Assembly (NCBI GenBank): GCA_902787955.1
Contig: CADAIJ010000005.1
Span: 34,049-98,048, forward strand
Reading direction: 5' to 3'
DNA: 64,000 nucleotides
Origin: an uncultured Erysipelotrichaceae bacterium
GTDB taxonomy: Bacteria; Bacillota_I; Bacilli_A; RFN20; CAG-826
In this document: one piece after another, positions 36,899 through 46,400 of the stretch
How positions within the stretch are numbered: the stretch's first letter is position 1
Layout of the letters: each line of letters opens with the position of its first letter
Made by a program: the position numbers and the translations under genes
The notes under the pieces: model-generated
What the model saw: the letters and a program-made list of their open reading frames with translations, nothing else
Told to the model about the DNA's origin: nothing
The model's database searches: none

Positions 36899-39521
36899 CT
36901 TTATCTAACTCCTTGCTATATGGGATTTGCATTGTGATACAGTGGATATTTCCTCCACCAAGTAAAATTTCTTTGGAATAAATTTGGATAATATCCTTAT
37001 TAGGATATAATTTCTTCATTTGGTTTTTAGCGAGCTCGTCTTCAGGTTCACCAAAAGCTGGAAGAATTACAAATTTATCACCTTGGTAGAAGTTAATATA
37101 ACTAGCTGCTAAACGTAAACCTTCTGGTCTTGATTTAGCATCATATTTACTAGTTTTAATTCCTTTAGCTTCTTGCTTAGACATATAAAGTGGTTTTGGT
37201 AATTTAACCTTAACAACTTTAATCTTTCTTCCTTGAGCATCAACGCTATTTCTAAGAACCTTAAGAGCGGAATTAGAGAACTCGTATTGTGGATCGGTTT
37301 TATCATCAGTCCACGCTAAAGCGACTACACCTGGTTCAATAAAACAGGCAATATTATCAACATGTTCATTTGTTTCATCGTTATAAATTCCATGTGGTAA
37401 CCAAATAACTTTTGAACAGTTTAGATATGTTTTTAATCTTTCTTCGATTTCCGCTTTAGTCATTTCAGGGTTACGGCCTGGAGATAATAAGCATGCTTCG
37501 GTGACCATACATGTTCTTTCACCATCTACATGGATACTTCCACCTTCAAGAACAAACTCATCGAGATAATAACGTTCAACGCCTAAATATTTAGAGAATA
37601 CTTTAGTTAAAGCATCATCGTCTTTGTAATTTGAATAAAGGCCATCATAAGATCCACCCCAAGCATTGAATCTAAAATCAACGCTTCTAATTTCGTTATT
37701 ATCATTTAAAACAAAGATTGGGGAATTATCTCTAGCCCACGAATCGTTATATCTAATTTTTACAGGTATAACGTTTTTATGATCTTCAAATTGATCAATC
37801 ACTTTAGAATAAATTCTAGGGTGAATACCAACATATACTTTCTCGTATTTTGCTATAGCAAAGATAACATTTTTAAATTCTTTTAAAGCAGGTTTAGCAT
37901 CTCTTCTCCATGTATCTTTTCTAAATGGAAGAAGAATAAATGTTCCATGATGCTTTGTACCTTCAAACGGCATCGCATAATTATCATTACGAGGATTAGT
38001 TAAGCGTTTATTAATATAGTCTTCGAGTTTATTCTTATATGGACGATATTTTTTCCAATTATCAATATCAATAACATTAACGTACCCCGCACCTGGGAAG
38101 TCACTTAAAATTGTAGCACCATAGCTATTTTTATATTCTTTAACACGGTCGATTATTTCTTGAGTAAAAACTTCTCCAGGGACAATTAAAGGGATTCCTG
38201 GTGGATAAATCATAATAGATTCACGAGAAACTTGGTTTAAAGCTTCATCAATTAAAATCTTTTTCGCAGGAGCGTGATACGCTGCTCTTGGACGAATAAG
38301 TTGGAATGGAAAATCAATTCCATATGATCTAGTTGGTTTTTCATGATTCTTAACATAATGGTGTTTAGAAACATCTTTTAGCGCTTCAATAAAGTTTTTA
38401 ACTTGAGTTTTATTATTTCCAATAGCAAAGATACAAAGAATAACGTTTGTTTCTGCTAATTCGATTTGAATTCTATATTTTGTATTTAAGATACGATAAA
38501 GTTCAAAGCCACTAATATCTAAAGAATCTAGTTTAATAACGAATTTAGTTTCATCATAATCAAAGCAACCTTTAGACATGAAGTATTCTTTACCGCATGG
38601 AATGAAACCTTTAATCTTTTTAATCTCATTATGAGCATATTTAACAAGTTCATGAACTCTGTTCATGTTTTCTTGTCCGTGAATGGCATCATAACATCTT
38701 GCCGCATCAATACTTGCAAGCAATAGAGTGGATGGTGAGGTTGTATTTATAAGGTTTAATGTCTTACGAATTGACGCAACATTAATAATTTCAGAATTAA
38801 AAAGTAAAACACTAGATTGAGTTAAACTGCCACCAGTTTTATGGAAGGAAACTGAAGAGATATCCGCTCCTGCTTCCATAGCGTTAATTGGACCAGTTTT
38901 ATCAAAATAATAGTGAGCACCATGAGCTTCATCACATAAAACAGCCATTCCACGAAAATGAGCTTCTTCAACTAAACGTTTTAAATCATTAACAACACCA
39001 AAGTAAGTTGGGTTAATAACAAATATCGCTTTAGCGGTTGGATACTTGTTCATCGCGTATATATATTCTTCAACAGTTGGTTGGTTTGCAATCTCAAGTT
39101 CGCTATCAAGCTTAGGCATGATATAAACTGGAGAAGCACCAGAAACAACTAAAGCACTGACGATAGATTTATGAACGTTTCTTGGTAAAATGATTTTATC
39201 ATGAGCCTTGCAAGCCGCCATTATCATCGCGATAATCCCGCTAGAAGTCCCATTAATGAGAAAATATGATTGTTTTGCACCAGTAAAATCAGACATTAAT
39301 TTTTCTGCTTCAAGAAGCACACCTTGAGGATTAGAAAGATTATCAAGTCCATAAGGAGCGTTAACGTCTGATAGATAAACAGTGTCACCTAAGTAGTCTT
39401 TGAGTTTATTTGAAACACCGCCCATATGATGTCCAGGAACATCAAAAGGAGTTATACCAGATTTGGTATATTTCTTTAATGCATCTAAGTAAGGTGTTTT
39501 TCTTTGATCTAATTTTGCCAT
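36888..39521 (-). CDS. Fusion protein: SpeA-type PLP-dependent arginine (Orn/Lys/Arg) decarboxylase (aa 1 to about 490) plus agmatine deiminase (aa about 510 to 877)
   Basis: This is a single 877-codon ORF. The N-terminal part has PFDVPGHHMG, INGTSSG, PRNVHKS and SFHKTGGSLTQSS (PLP lysine). The C-terminal part has AMPFEGTKHHGTF..RKDTWR, a DN..F segment and the terminal GGGNIHCITMQIP (catalytic Cys) of the agmatine deiminase/PAD_porph fold. Confidence 0.85.
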   Translation of the reverse strand: MAKLDQRKTPYLDALKKYTKSGITPFDVPGHHMGGVSNKLKDYLGDTVYLSDVNAPYGLDNLSNPQGVLLEAEKLMSDFTGAKQSYFLINGTSSGIIAMIMAACKAHDKIILPRNVHKSIVSALVVSGASPVYIMPKLDSELEIANQPTVEEYIYAMNKYPTAKAIFVINPTYFGVVNDLKRLVEEAHFRGMAVLCDEAHGAHYYFDKTGPINAMEAGADISSVSFHKTGGSLTQSSVLLFNSEIINVASIRKTLNLINTTSPSTLLLASIDAARCYDAIHGQENMNRVHELVKYAHNEIKKIKGFIPCGKEYFMSKGCFDYDETKFVIKLDSLDISGFELYRILNTKYRIQIELAETNVILCIFAIGNNKTQVKNFIEALKDVSKHHYVKNHEKPTRSYGIDFPFQLIRPRAAYHAPAKKILIDEALNQVSRESIMIYPPGIPLIVPGEVFTQEIIDRVKEYKNSYGATILSDFPGAGYVNVIDIDNWKKYRPYKNKLEDYINKRLTNPRNDNYAMPFEGTKHHGTFILLPFRKDTWRRDAKPALKEFKNVIFAIAKYEKVYVGIHPRIYSKVIDQFEDHKNVIPVKIRYNDSWARDNSPIFVLNDNNEIRSVDFRFNAWGGSYDGLYSNYKDDDALTKVFSKYLGVERYYLDEFVLEGGSIHVDGERTCMVTEACLLSPGRNPEMTKAEIEERLKTYLNCSKVIWLPHGIYNDETNEHVDNIACFIEPGVVALAWTDDKTDPQYEFSNSALKVLRNSVDAQGRKIKVVKVKLPKPLYMSKQEAKGIKTSKYDAKSRPEGLRLAASYINFYQGDKFVILPAFGEPEDELAKNQMKKLYPNKDIIQIYSKEILLGGGNIHCITMQIPYSKELDKDED

Positions 39522-39553
39522 AGGAAAGATTTTACTTTAGTAAGAACACTATT

Positions 39554-40405
39554 TCAACCTACATGTTTCAAAATGAATTCAATCATCTTTTCATTGCAGT
39601 ATTTTCCTTCGTTTTCAAAAACAAAATGATTATAGACATGTCCGATCTTTTTATCAGGTGATTGTTCATCGATATATTCGAAGTTATAACCTAGTTCTTT
39701 AGAGTCTTTTATTAATAAAACTGTTTGGAAACGATAGAAATCATGTAACGAGGTTGAAGCGAAGAATGGTTCTAAATCTAATTTCTTATGAAAATAATAT
39801 CTTGGGGAATTTAATCTTTGATAATCAGGGTCTTTATAATTAACCGAGAAGATGTTTTTCATTCCTTTATTAGACATATATTTTCTTGAATACTTAATTA
39901 AGCTTGGATAATCAAACATTGGAGAATTAAGTGCATAGCACTTTGGTAATATATCAGGTAAACGATTAATACCAAAATATTTTTGAGCTTCTTCATCATG
40001 GCAAATGATGTTTGTTAATAAAGATAAATGTCCACCAGCGGAATCACCAATAATCGCAAAACGATCAGTATCAAGTTTATAGTAGACACGGTTTTGTCTA
40101 ATGAACTCTAGACAATAAAATACGTCGTGAATTTGTTCTTTTAAGGATATCTTTTCTTTTGCACTTGCTAATCTATAGTTCATAACAACAACAGTAAAAC
40201 CACGACTAGCAAAATAAGAGGCATATATTAAAGTTTCATCTTTTCCGCCATGGACATAAGCTCCACCATGAATACATAAAAGAGTTACACCATTACTATT
40301 TTCAGCTGGATAAACAATATCTAGTCTATGAGCCCAAGTTCCATCAGGAATATATTGCACATCTTTCTTTACATTGATGTTGCCAAAAGTTTTGTGGGTT
40401 TTCAT
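39554..40405 (-). CDS. Alpha/beta hydrolase (esterase/lipase, fold-3 type)
   Basis: The oxyanion motif IHGGAYVHGG and the nucleophile elbow GDSAGG are present. I trimmed the start to MKTHKTF because GGGGA lies upstream. Confidence 0.75.
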   Translation of the reverse strand: MKTHKTFGNINVKKDVQYIPDGTWAHRLDIVYPAENSNGVTLLCIHGGAYVHGGKDETLIYASYFASRGFTVVVMNYRLASAKEKISLKEQIHDVFYCLEFIRQNRVYYKLDTDRFAIIGDSAGGHLSLLTNIICHDEEAQKYFGINRLPDILPKCYALNSPMFDYPSLIKYSRKYMSNKGMKNIFSVNYKDPDYQRLNSPRYYFHKKLDLEPFFASTSLHDFYRFQTVLLIKDSKELGYNFEYIDEQSPDKKIGHVYNHFVFENEGKYCNEKMIEFILKHVG

Positions 40406-40520
40406 AAATTTTTTATCCCCACTCTTCATAAAATGGATTAATAATTTGTGAGACACTTTAATAATCATAATTTTATAATAAATTATCTTTTGTATTATTA
40501 ATAGAAAAATTCAAAAAAAC

Positions 40521-40568
40521 ATATAGGAAATCAATTATTTGGGAAAAATAAAACCCACCGAAGTGGGC
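40521..40568 (-). repeat. Repeated intergenic module, copy 1 (terminator hairpin GCCCAC-TTCG-GTGGG + TTTTATTTTTCCCAAA + ..TTCCTATAT)
   Basis: Its 31-nt core is near-identical to that of 46329-46378. It acts as the metG terminator. Confidence 0.7.
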
Positions 40569-40581
40569 TTATTTGAATATC

Positions 40582-42162
40582 TTATTTAGCGGATAAAGAA
40601 TGAATATACTCTGTTTCAACATTCATATCTAATCTTGGGAATAAGGCATTACCCTTAGTCACATTAGATCCAGCATATGGACAGAATTTTTGTAATGCTT
40701 CGTAGTTTCTTAATTCTTCTTTAATTCCGAAGATGTCATAAACCTTATCTAATGTTTCCACTAAAGCAGGAGATAATAATTTGGCGGCAACCATAATTGT
40801 ATTAACTAAGACCGCCATGACATTGCCAAGTTCTTCAACTCTACCTTCTTTAGATAAAACCCAAGGTTGAGATTCTTCGATGTATTTGTTAGCAACATTA
40901 AGTAAATCGATAACTTCGCTAAATCCTTCGTTAACTTTTAGATCATCTAAGTAGTTTTCATAAGCAAGGATCGTTTTCTTAGTGAGATGTTCGATTTCTT
41001 TTATCTTTTCATTTGGATTCTTAAGTTCAGGAACAACCCCATCAAAATATTTAACAATCATTGAAGATGTTCTAGAAACTAAATTACCAAAGTTATTAGC
41101 TAAATCCATGTTGGTTCTTTCAACGAATAATTCTGGAGAGAATCTTCCGTCGCTACCAAAGCTAAATTCTTTAGCAAGGAACCATCTAACAGCGTCAACA
41201 CCATATCTTTCAATAAGTGGAAGAGGGGAGACGACATTACCTCTAGATTTAGACATTTTTTCACCGTTTAAATCTAATAAACCATGCACAAATACCCTGT
41301 CTGGGACTCTAGCACCAATTCCTAAAAGGAACATTGGCCAATAAATAACGTGGAATCTAGAGATATCCGCACCAACAACATGAACGATTTCGCAATCAGG
41401 ATCTTCCCAGAATTTTTTGTATAATTCTTCATTTTCAGAATGATAGCCAAGAGCGGAAATATAATTAGTTAAAGCGTCCATCCAAACATAAATAACATGT
41501 TTTGGATTTTCTCTAATTTGAACACCCCAGTCAAAGGTTGTTCTAGAAACGCATAAATCATCTAATCCAGGTTTAATGAAGGTATTAAACATTTCATTCT
41601 TACGTGAAATTGGAAGAATGAACTTAGGATTCTTTTCCATTATGTCCAATAATTCAGGTAAATATTTTTTAGTGTTAAAGAAATAAGCTTCTTCCTTATC
41701 TCTATGAACTTCACGATGACAATCTGGACAAAGATGTTCTTCACCAACTTGGGTGTCAGTCCAGAAAGATTCACAAGGTGTGCAATACCAACCTTCGTAA
41801 TTTCCAAGATAAATATCTCCGTTGTTATAGAGTTTAGAGAAAACATCTTGGACAACTTTAATATGTCTTTCTTCGGTTGTACGAATAAAGTCATCGTTAG
41901 AAATCTTCATTGCTTTCCAAAGGTTTTTAAAGTTACCAGCAATTTCATCGACAAATTCTTGTGGGGTAACACCTTTTAAAGCAGCATTCTTTTGAATCTT
42001 TTCACCGTGTTCATCAGTACCAGTTAAAAAATAAGTTTCTACACCACGCATTCGTTTATATCTAGCTAAAATATCACACATGACTGTGCAATAAGCGTGT
42101 CCGATATGGGCGTTAGCGCTTGGATAATAAATTGGGGTTGTAATGTAGAACTTGTTTTTCAT
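40582..42162 (-). CDS. metG: Methionine--tRNA ligase (short form, no C-terminal tRNA-binding domain)
   Basis: PIYYPSANAHIGHAY (HIGH), the zinc knuckle CxxC..CxxC and KMSKSRGN (KMSKS) are present. The start is at MKNKFYITT, with AAGGAG upstream. Confidence 0.95.
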   Translation of the reverse strand: MKNKFYITTPIYYPSANAHIGHAYCTVMCDILARYKRMRGVETYFLTGTDEHGEKIQKNAALKGVTPQEFVDEIAGNFKNLWKAMKISNDDFIRTTEERHIKVVQDVFSKLYNNGDIYLGNYEGWYCTPCESFWTDTQVGEEHLCPDCHREVHRDKEEAYFFNTKKYLPELLDIMEKNPKFILPISRKNEMFNTFIKPGLDDLCVSRTTFDWGVQIRENPKHVIYVWMDALTNYISALGYHSENEELYKKFWEDPDCEIVHVVGADISRFHVIYWPMFLLGIGARVPDRVFVHGLLDLNGEKMSKSRGNVVSPLPLIERYGVDAVRWFLAKEFSFGSDGRFSPELFVERTNMDLANNFGNLVSRTSSMIVKYFDGVVPELKNPNEKIKEIEHLTKKTILAYENYLDDLKVNEGFSEVIDLLNVANKYIEESQPWVLSKEGRVEELGNVMAVLVNTIMVAAKLLSPALVETLDKVYDIFGIKEELRNYEALQKFCPYAGSNVTKGNALFPRLDMNVETEYIHSLSAK

Positions 42163-42240
42163 ATGAGGTACTCCTTGTTCTTTAATTAATAAAAGCATAA
42201 AGATTTTAACACTCTCTTTATATTAAATAAAGCAATAAGC

Positions 42241-42267
42241 AAAAGAAAAGCCTACATAGCTGTAGGC
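42241..42267 (-). terminator. Rho-independent terminator after rpmE
   Basis: The minus strand reads GCCTACAGCTATGTAGGC followed by TTTTCTTTT. Confidence 0.65.
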
Positions 42268-42289
42268 GATATCTTTCATTTTATAAGTA

Positions 42290-42493
42290 TTATTTGAGAC
42301 CGTATTTTTTGTTGAATCTGTCAACTCTACCATCGGCTTGAACGAATCTTTGTTTGCCAGTGTAGAATGGATGACAATTGGAACATGTATCAACGTGTAA
42401 TTCTTTACTTGTTGAGTGGGTTTCAAATGTTGCACCACAGGAGACACATGTAACTGTGACCTTATGGGATGCTGGGTGGATTCCTTTTTTCAT
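42290..42493 (-). CDS. rpmE: 50S ribosomal protein L31 (Cys-containing, zinc-binding type)
   Basis: MKKGIHP.., CxxCG...[12 protein letters not shown] are present. I trimmed the start to MKKGIHP, with GGAAGGAG upstream. Confidence 0.93.
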   Translation of the reverse strand: MKKGIHPASHKVTVTCVSCGATFETHSTSKELHVDTCSNCHPFYTGKQRFVQADGRVDRFNKKYGLK

Positions 42494-42551
42494 ATTTTTA
42501 ACTCCTTCCGCCTTAGACCACGATTGGGTTCTAAAGAAAGTTTGCTTGTAA

Positions 42552-42580
42552 ATCATATCATTAAGAATCAGACTGAGCAA
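42552..42580 (-). promoter_or_regulatory. Candidate promoter for rpmE
   Basis: The minus strand reads TTGCTC, 17 nt, TATGAT. Confidence 0.35.
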
Positions 42581-42820
42581 CTTTTAAATGAAAAAAATCT
42601 AATTCATAACAACTTCCTAAGATCAATTTGGGCAAAGAGATGGAAAATCTAGTACGAATTAGATTCGCGAGACATTATAAAGAACATTTTATTTTTAGCA
42701 ACATATTTTTGTAGATAATCCTCAAAGTATCGATGTTTTGGGACAATTTTTCCCAAAAGTAAACGCTTATAAAAAATAATCATAGACAAAAGGCAAAAAG
42801 ATTAATATCATTGACGAGCA

Positions 42821-44362
42821 ATGAAAAATACGAACCCAAAGAAAATTATCATTATCGGTGGAGGAATCGCAGGACTCACCGCTGGTATATACGCACAAAA
42901 GCATGGTTTCATAAGTGAAATTTATGAAAAGAACCCAATTGCTGGTGGTTTATGCATGTCTTGGAAACGTAAAGGTTTTTTAATTGATGGTTGTATTCAC
43001 TGGTTAACTGGTACTAAAGAAGGTACTCAATTAAATGAAATGTGGAAAGATGTCGATGCTTTCGATCAAGAAGACATCATTCATCCAGAAAACTTTGGAA
43101 CTGTAGAATACCAAGGTCAAACCTTAACTTTCTATACTGATTTAAATAAATTCGAAAAACACTTAATCGAGATTTCTCCAGAAGACATTAAAGAAATTAA
43201 AAAATTAGTTAAGTTAATCATTAAGATTCAAAATATGCCACTTCCAATGGATACTCCTGTTGGTTTAATGGATTTTGTTCGTTTAACTGAAGTTGGAATT
43301 AAACTTCTTCCATATATGCCTATGTACAACACCACATTCAAAATGTCTTGTGCACAATATGCGGAAAGATTTAAATCCCCACTCATTCGTTATGCATTAG
43401 CTCATATCATTCCAGGCAAGAATAATCTCTATGGCACCTTATATGCTTATGGTACAAACTGTGTCCGTAATGGTGGTGTTAAAAGAGGTGGATCATTATC
43501 AATGGTTCAAAGAATGGTTGATGAATACAATCGTAATGGTGGTTTCATTAGATATAATCAAGAAATTAAAGAAATTATCATTAAAAAGAATAAAGCTATT
43601 GGTATTGAAACTAAAAAAGGTGAGAAAATCTATGCTGACTACGTTGTTACAGCCTGTGATGCTCACGAAACCCTTAAACATTTACTTAAAGGTGAATATT
43701 TAGATCCTGCTTTTGATAAGAGATTCAAAAACCCAGTCATCTATAGTGTTCCATCAGATGTTTATATTTCATACGCAATCAAAACTGAGAAGTTTAAAGA
43801 ATTAAATGTGACTCATACTTATCAATTCGATACAGAACCATATCGTGTTGGAAATTCCTATCACACCTCCATTAAATTCAAAGATTATTCTTATGATGAT
43901 TCGTTCATTAATGGGGATTCAAACTTCTTTAATGTTATGATTCCACAAGATGACTTTGATTTCTCTTTCTGGGAAAAGTTATATAAAAATAAGGAATTAT
44001 ATAGAAAAGAAAAAGAAAGATTATCTAACTATGTAATGAAACTTATTGAAGAAAGATTCCCATCCTTAAAAGGTGCTCTTACTCCAATCGATGTTGCTAC
44101 ACCAATGACTTACAAACGTTATTGTAACGCCTATCGTGGAGCGTATATGCCATTCGGACTCGACTTTAGAAGTTCAATGCTTATGCACTCTGGTAAGATT
44201 AAAGGTTTAAAGAATCTCTATATTGCTGGTCAATGGATTCAAATGCCAGGTGGAGTTCCATTAGCCCTTATGTCTGGTAAGTTTGCAATCCAAAGAATCT
44301 TAAAGCAAGAACATCAATGGTTCAAAATTACATCTAAATCTTATGTAATATACAAAAAATAA
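42821..44362 (+). CDS. NAD(P)/FAD-dependent oxidoreductase, phytoene-desaturase (CrtI/COG1233)-like
   Basis: The N-terminal Rossmann motif IIIIGGGIAGLTAG..YEKN..GG is present. The ORF is 513 aa. The substrate is unknown. Confidence 0.78.
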   Translation: MKNTNPKKIIIIGGGIAGLTAGIYAQKHGFISEIYEKNPIAGGLCMSWKRKGFLIDGCIHWLTGTKEGTQLNEMWKDVDAFDQEDIIHPENFGTVEYQGQTLTFYTDLNKFEKHLIEISPEDIKEIKKLVKLIIKIQNMPLPMDTPVGLMDFVRLTEVGIKLLPYMPMYNTTFKMSCAQYAERFKSPLIRYALAHIIPGKNNLYGTLYAYGTNCVRNGGVKRGGSLSMVQRMVDEYNRNGGFIRYNQEIKEIIIKKNKAIGIETKKGEKIYADYVVTACDAHETLKHLLKGEYLDPAFDKRFKNPVIYSVPSDVYISYAIKTEKFKELNVTHTYQFDTEPYRVGNSYHTSIKFKDYSYDDSFINGDSNFFNVMIPQDDFDFSFWEKLYKNKELYRKEKERLSNYVMKLIEERFPSLKGALTPIDVATPMTYKRYCNAYRGAYMPFGLDFRSSMLMHSGKIKGLKNLYIAGQWIQMPGGVPLALMSGKFAIQRILKQEHQWFKITSKSYVIYKK

Positions 44363-44381
44363 GTTCGGAATTACCGAACTT
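44361..44381. terminator. Bidirectional terminator hairpin between the oxidoreductase and degV
   Basis: AAGTTCGG-AATTA-CCGAACTT is flanked by an A-run and a T-run. Confidence 0.6.
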
Positions 44382-44401
44382 ATTTTATTATATAAAATAT
44401 C

Positions 44402-45262
44402 TTATTTAGTTTTGATATATAAGATACCTATTGTGCCAGGACCACAGTGACAAGAGACAACACATCCTGCACGTGTGTGTCTAATGATACTTGGATCAAC
44501 TAATTTAGCGACTTCATCATGGAAATATTGTTTATCTTCATCGCTGACACCAGAATCAGTAATCATAATATTGTCCATATCGACATTTGGTAAATCATTC
44601 TTAAGTTCTAAGATTTGTTCATCGATACCTGCTTTTAGTTTTCCGCGTGGTTTTTTATAAACAATCATTCCACCATCAACAACTTTAATTACTGGATGGA
44701 TATGGAGAATGTGACCAAAGATTTTACTAGCACCACTACATCTTCCGCCTTTATGAAGATAATCTAATTTATCAACAGCGAATTGAGCGGAAACCATTGG
44801 AACTAAAGGAGAAACTAAATCATAAATTTCTTTAGCAGATTTTCCTTCATCTCTATATTTACACATCTTCATAACAAGTAAGCCTGAAGCGGATGATAAA
44901 TTATTGGAATCTAAGATAAAAATCCTATCAAAAGCCCCTTCAATTGCGTTTTTAGCAATGTTTGCGTTTTGAATTGTGGATGATAATTTACTACCAATTC
45001 CGGTGAAAATAATATCGTATCCTTCGTCAATATATTTTCTAAAAACTTCTTCAATTTTGAGTGGGACTGCTGCGGCAGTATGTGGAAGTTCACCTTTTTC
45101 TTCGATCATTTTATACATTTGATCTGGAGTAATTTCGGTTCCATCATCATAGGCATCTTCACCAAAATTAATGCTTAATGGTATGACTTCAACATTAAGA
45201 GCTTCATACATATCTTGATTAAGATCAATTGTTGAATCACAAATAACTTTAACTTTATTCAT
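44402..45262 (-). CDS. DegV family fatty-acid-binding protein
   Basis: VKVICDSTIDL, ..TAAAVP.. and the 286 aa length are typical of the DegV family. Confidence 0.9.
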   Translation of the reverse strand: MNKVKVICDSTIDLNQDMYEALNVEVIPLSINFGEDAYDDGTEITPDQMYKMIEEKGELPHTAAAVPLKIEEVFRKYIDEGYDIIFTGIGSKLSSTIQNANIAKNAIEGAFDRIFILDSNNLSSASGLLVMKMCKYRDEGKSAKEIYDLVSPLVPMVSAQFAVDKLDYLHKGGRCSGASKIFGHILHIHPVIKVVDGGMIVYKKPRGKLKAGIDEQILELKNDLPNVDMDNIMITDSGVSDEDKQYFHDEVAKLVDPSIIRHTRAGCVVSCHCGPGTIGILYIKTK

Positions 45263-45356
45263 AAATAACCTCTCGTTACATTTTTAGATTATATATTAAT
45301 ATAAGTTTATTTTGAATAGCGTTTGAATTATAATAACGACAAAAGGAGGAAGAACA

Positions 45357-45956
45357 ATGTCAAAAAAGAACAAAGAGAAAAAAGGCTTTTTAACTGAATT
45401 CAAAGAATTCATTACACGTGGCAACGTCATTGATATGGCTGTTGGCGTAATTATTGGCGGTGCGTTCAGCGCAATCGTTAACGCAATCGTTAATAAAGTG
45501 TTCATGCCTTTAATTGCTATGTTCACTGGAGGCGGTTTACAAGGATTCGTTACAGTCTTAAATCCTGAAAAGGCTCTTGCTACAGCGGAAAGCGCAAATG
45601 TTGTTACCTATTGGGGTGTCAAATATGACGCTGATGTAGTTAACGTCATTAACTGGGGCGATGTCATTAATGCAATCATTAACTTCTTAATTATTGCTAT
45701 TATCCTCTTCATCATTATCAAAGCAGTCGCTTATGCGCATGCTAAGAAAGAAGAACTCGATGCCCTCAAACTCGAAGCTTATTATCAAAAGCATCCAGAA
45801 GAAAGACCTGTACCACCTGAACCAGGTGTACCAGAACCAACAACAAACGAACTTCTTACTCAAATTCGTGATCTTTTAAAAGCTAAAGAAGCTCCAAAAG
45901 CTAAAAAAGCTAAAAAAGAAGCCGAAGAAGTTAAAGAAGAAGAAAAAGCAGAATAA
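45357..45956 (+). CDS. mscL: Large-conductance mechanosensitive channel MscL with extended loop and charged C-terminal tail
   Basis: FKEFITRGNVIDMAVGVIIGGAFSAIVNAIV is the conserved TM1. The product is 199 aa, whereas typical MscL is about 130-150 aa. A GGAGG SD is present. Confidence 0.88.
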   Translation: MSKKNKEKKGFLTEFKEFITRGNVIDMAVGVIIGGAFSAIVNAIVNKVFMPLIAMFTGGGLQGFVTVLNPEKALATAESANVVTYWGVKYDADVVNVINWGDVINAIINFLIIAIILFIIIKAVAYAHAKKEELDALKLEAYYQKHPEERPVPPEPGVPEPTTNELLTQIRDLLKAKEAPKAKKAKKEAEEVKEEEKAE

Positions 45957-45965
45957 TTTAGAAAA

Positions 45966-46277
45966 ATGAAAACCATCGAAAAAATTGATTTCATCATTAA
46001 AACCACAAAGTGGTCAAAAAGAAGGTTCACTAAAAAGTTTTACCTTGCCAAAGATGCTCTCGATAGATGGTACGCTGGTGATGAACCAGATGAGAACGAC
46101 GTTAAAAATATTTGTAAATATTTCCGTCTTTCTCCCCAAGATTTTCTAAATGACAACTTGAACATCTTCCTAAAAAGTACAGATAAATTCTGTGTCTTCT
46201 CGTTAGACGACAATGATATATCTTCTCCGGAAGATTATCCTCGCGAGGATAACGCTCGTTACGAAGAAAAAGACTAG
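45966..46277 (+). CDS. Hypothetical protein (weak HTH-like segment)
   Basis: The ORF is 103 aa. It has no convincing SD, but a clean terminator follows. Confidence 0.45.
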   Translation: MKTIEKIDFIIKTTKWSKRRFTKKFYLAKDALDRWYAGDEPDENDVKNICKYFRLSPQDFLNDNLNIFLKSTDKFCVFSLDDNDISSPEDYPREDNARYEEKD

Positions 46278-46293
46278 ATTATGTACTTCATAA

Positions 46294-46319
46294 GGCCCAT
46301 CTTGCATGGGTCTTTTTTT
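46294..46319 (+). terminator. Rho-independent terminator
   Basis: GGCCCAT-CTTGC-ATGGGTC followed by TTTTTTT. Confidence 0.7.
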
Positions 46320-46328
46320 GTTTGAAAA

Positions 46329-46378
46329 TATATAGGAAGTCCACTCTTTGGGAAAAATAAAAACCCACCGAAGTGGGC
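46329..46378 (-). repeat. Repeated intergenic module, copy 2 (terminator hairpin + TTTTCCCAAAG + copy c of the AGAGTGGACTTCCTATA motif at 46331-46347)
   Basis: The minus strand reads GCCCACTTCGGTGGGTTTTTATTTTTCCCAAAGAGTGGACTTCCTATAT. It acts as the terminator for the 46401-47540 gene. Confidence 0.7.
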
Positions 46379-46400
46379 AATATATTATTTTTTTAAGTTA

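Noticed and set aside
42163-42289. A T-box leader might lie upstream of metG (and similarly serS).
   Set aside because: The spacer is only about 128 nt and is largely taken up by the rpmE terminator. No specifier/T-box sequence is present. serS has no leader at all because it overlaps the upstream gene.
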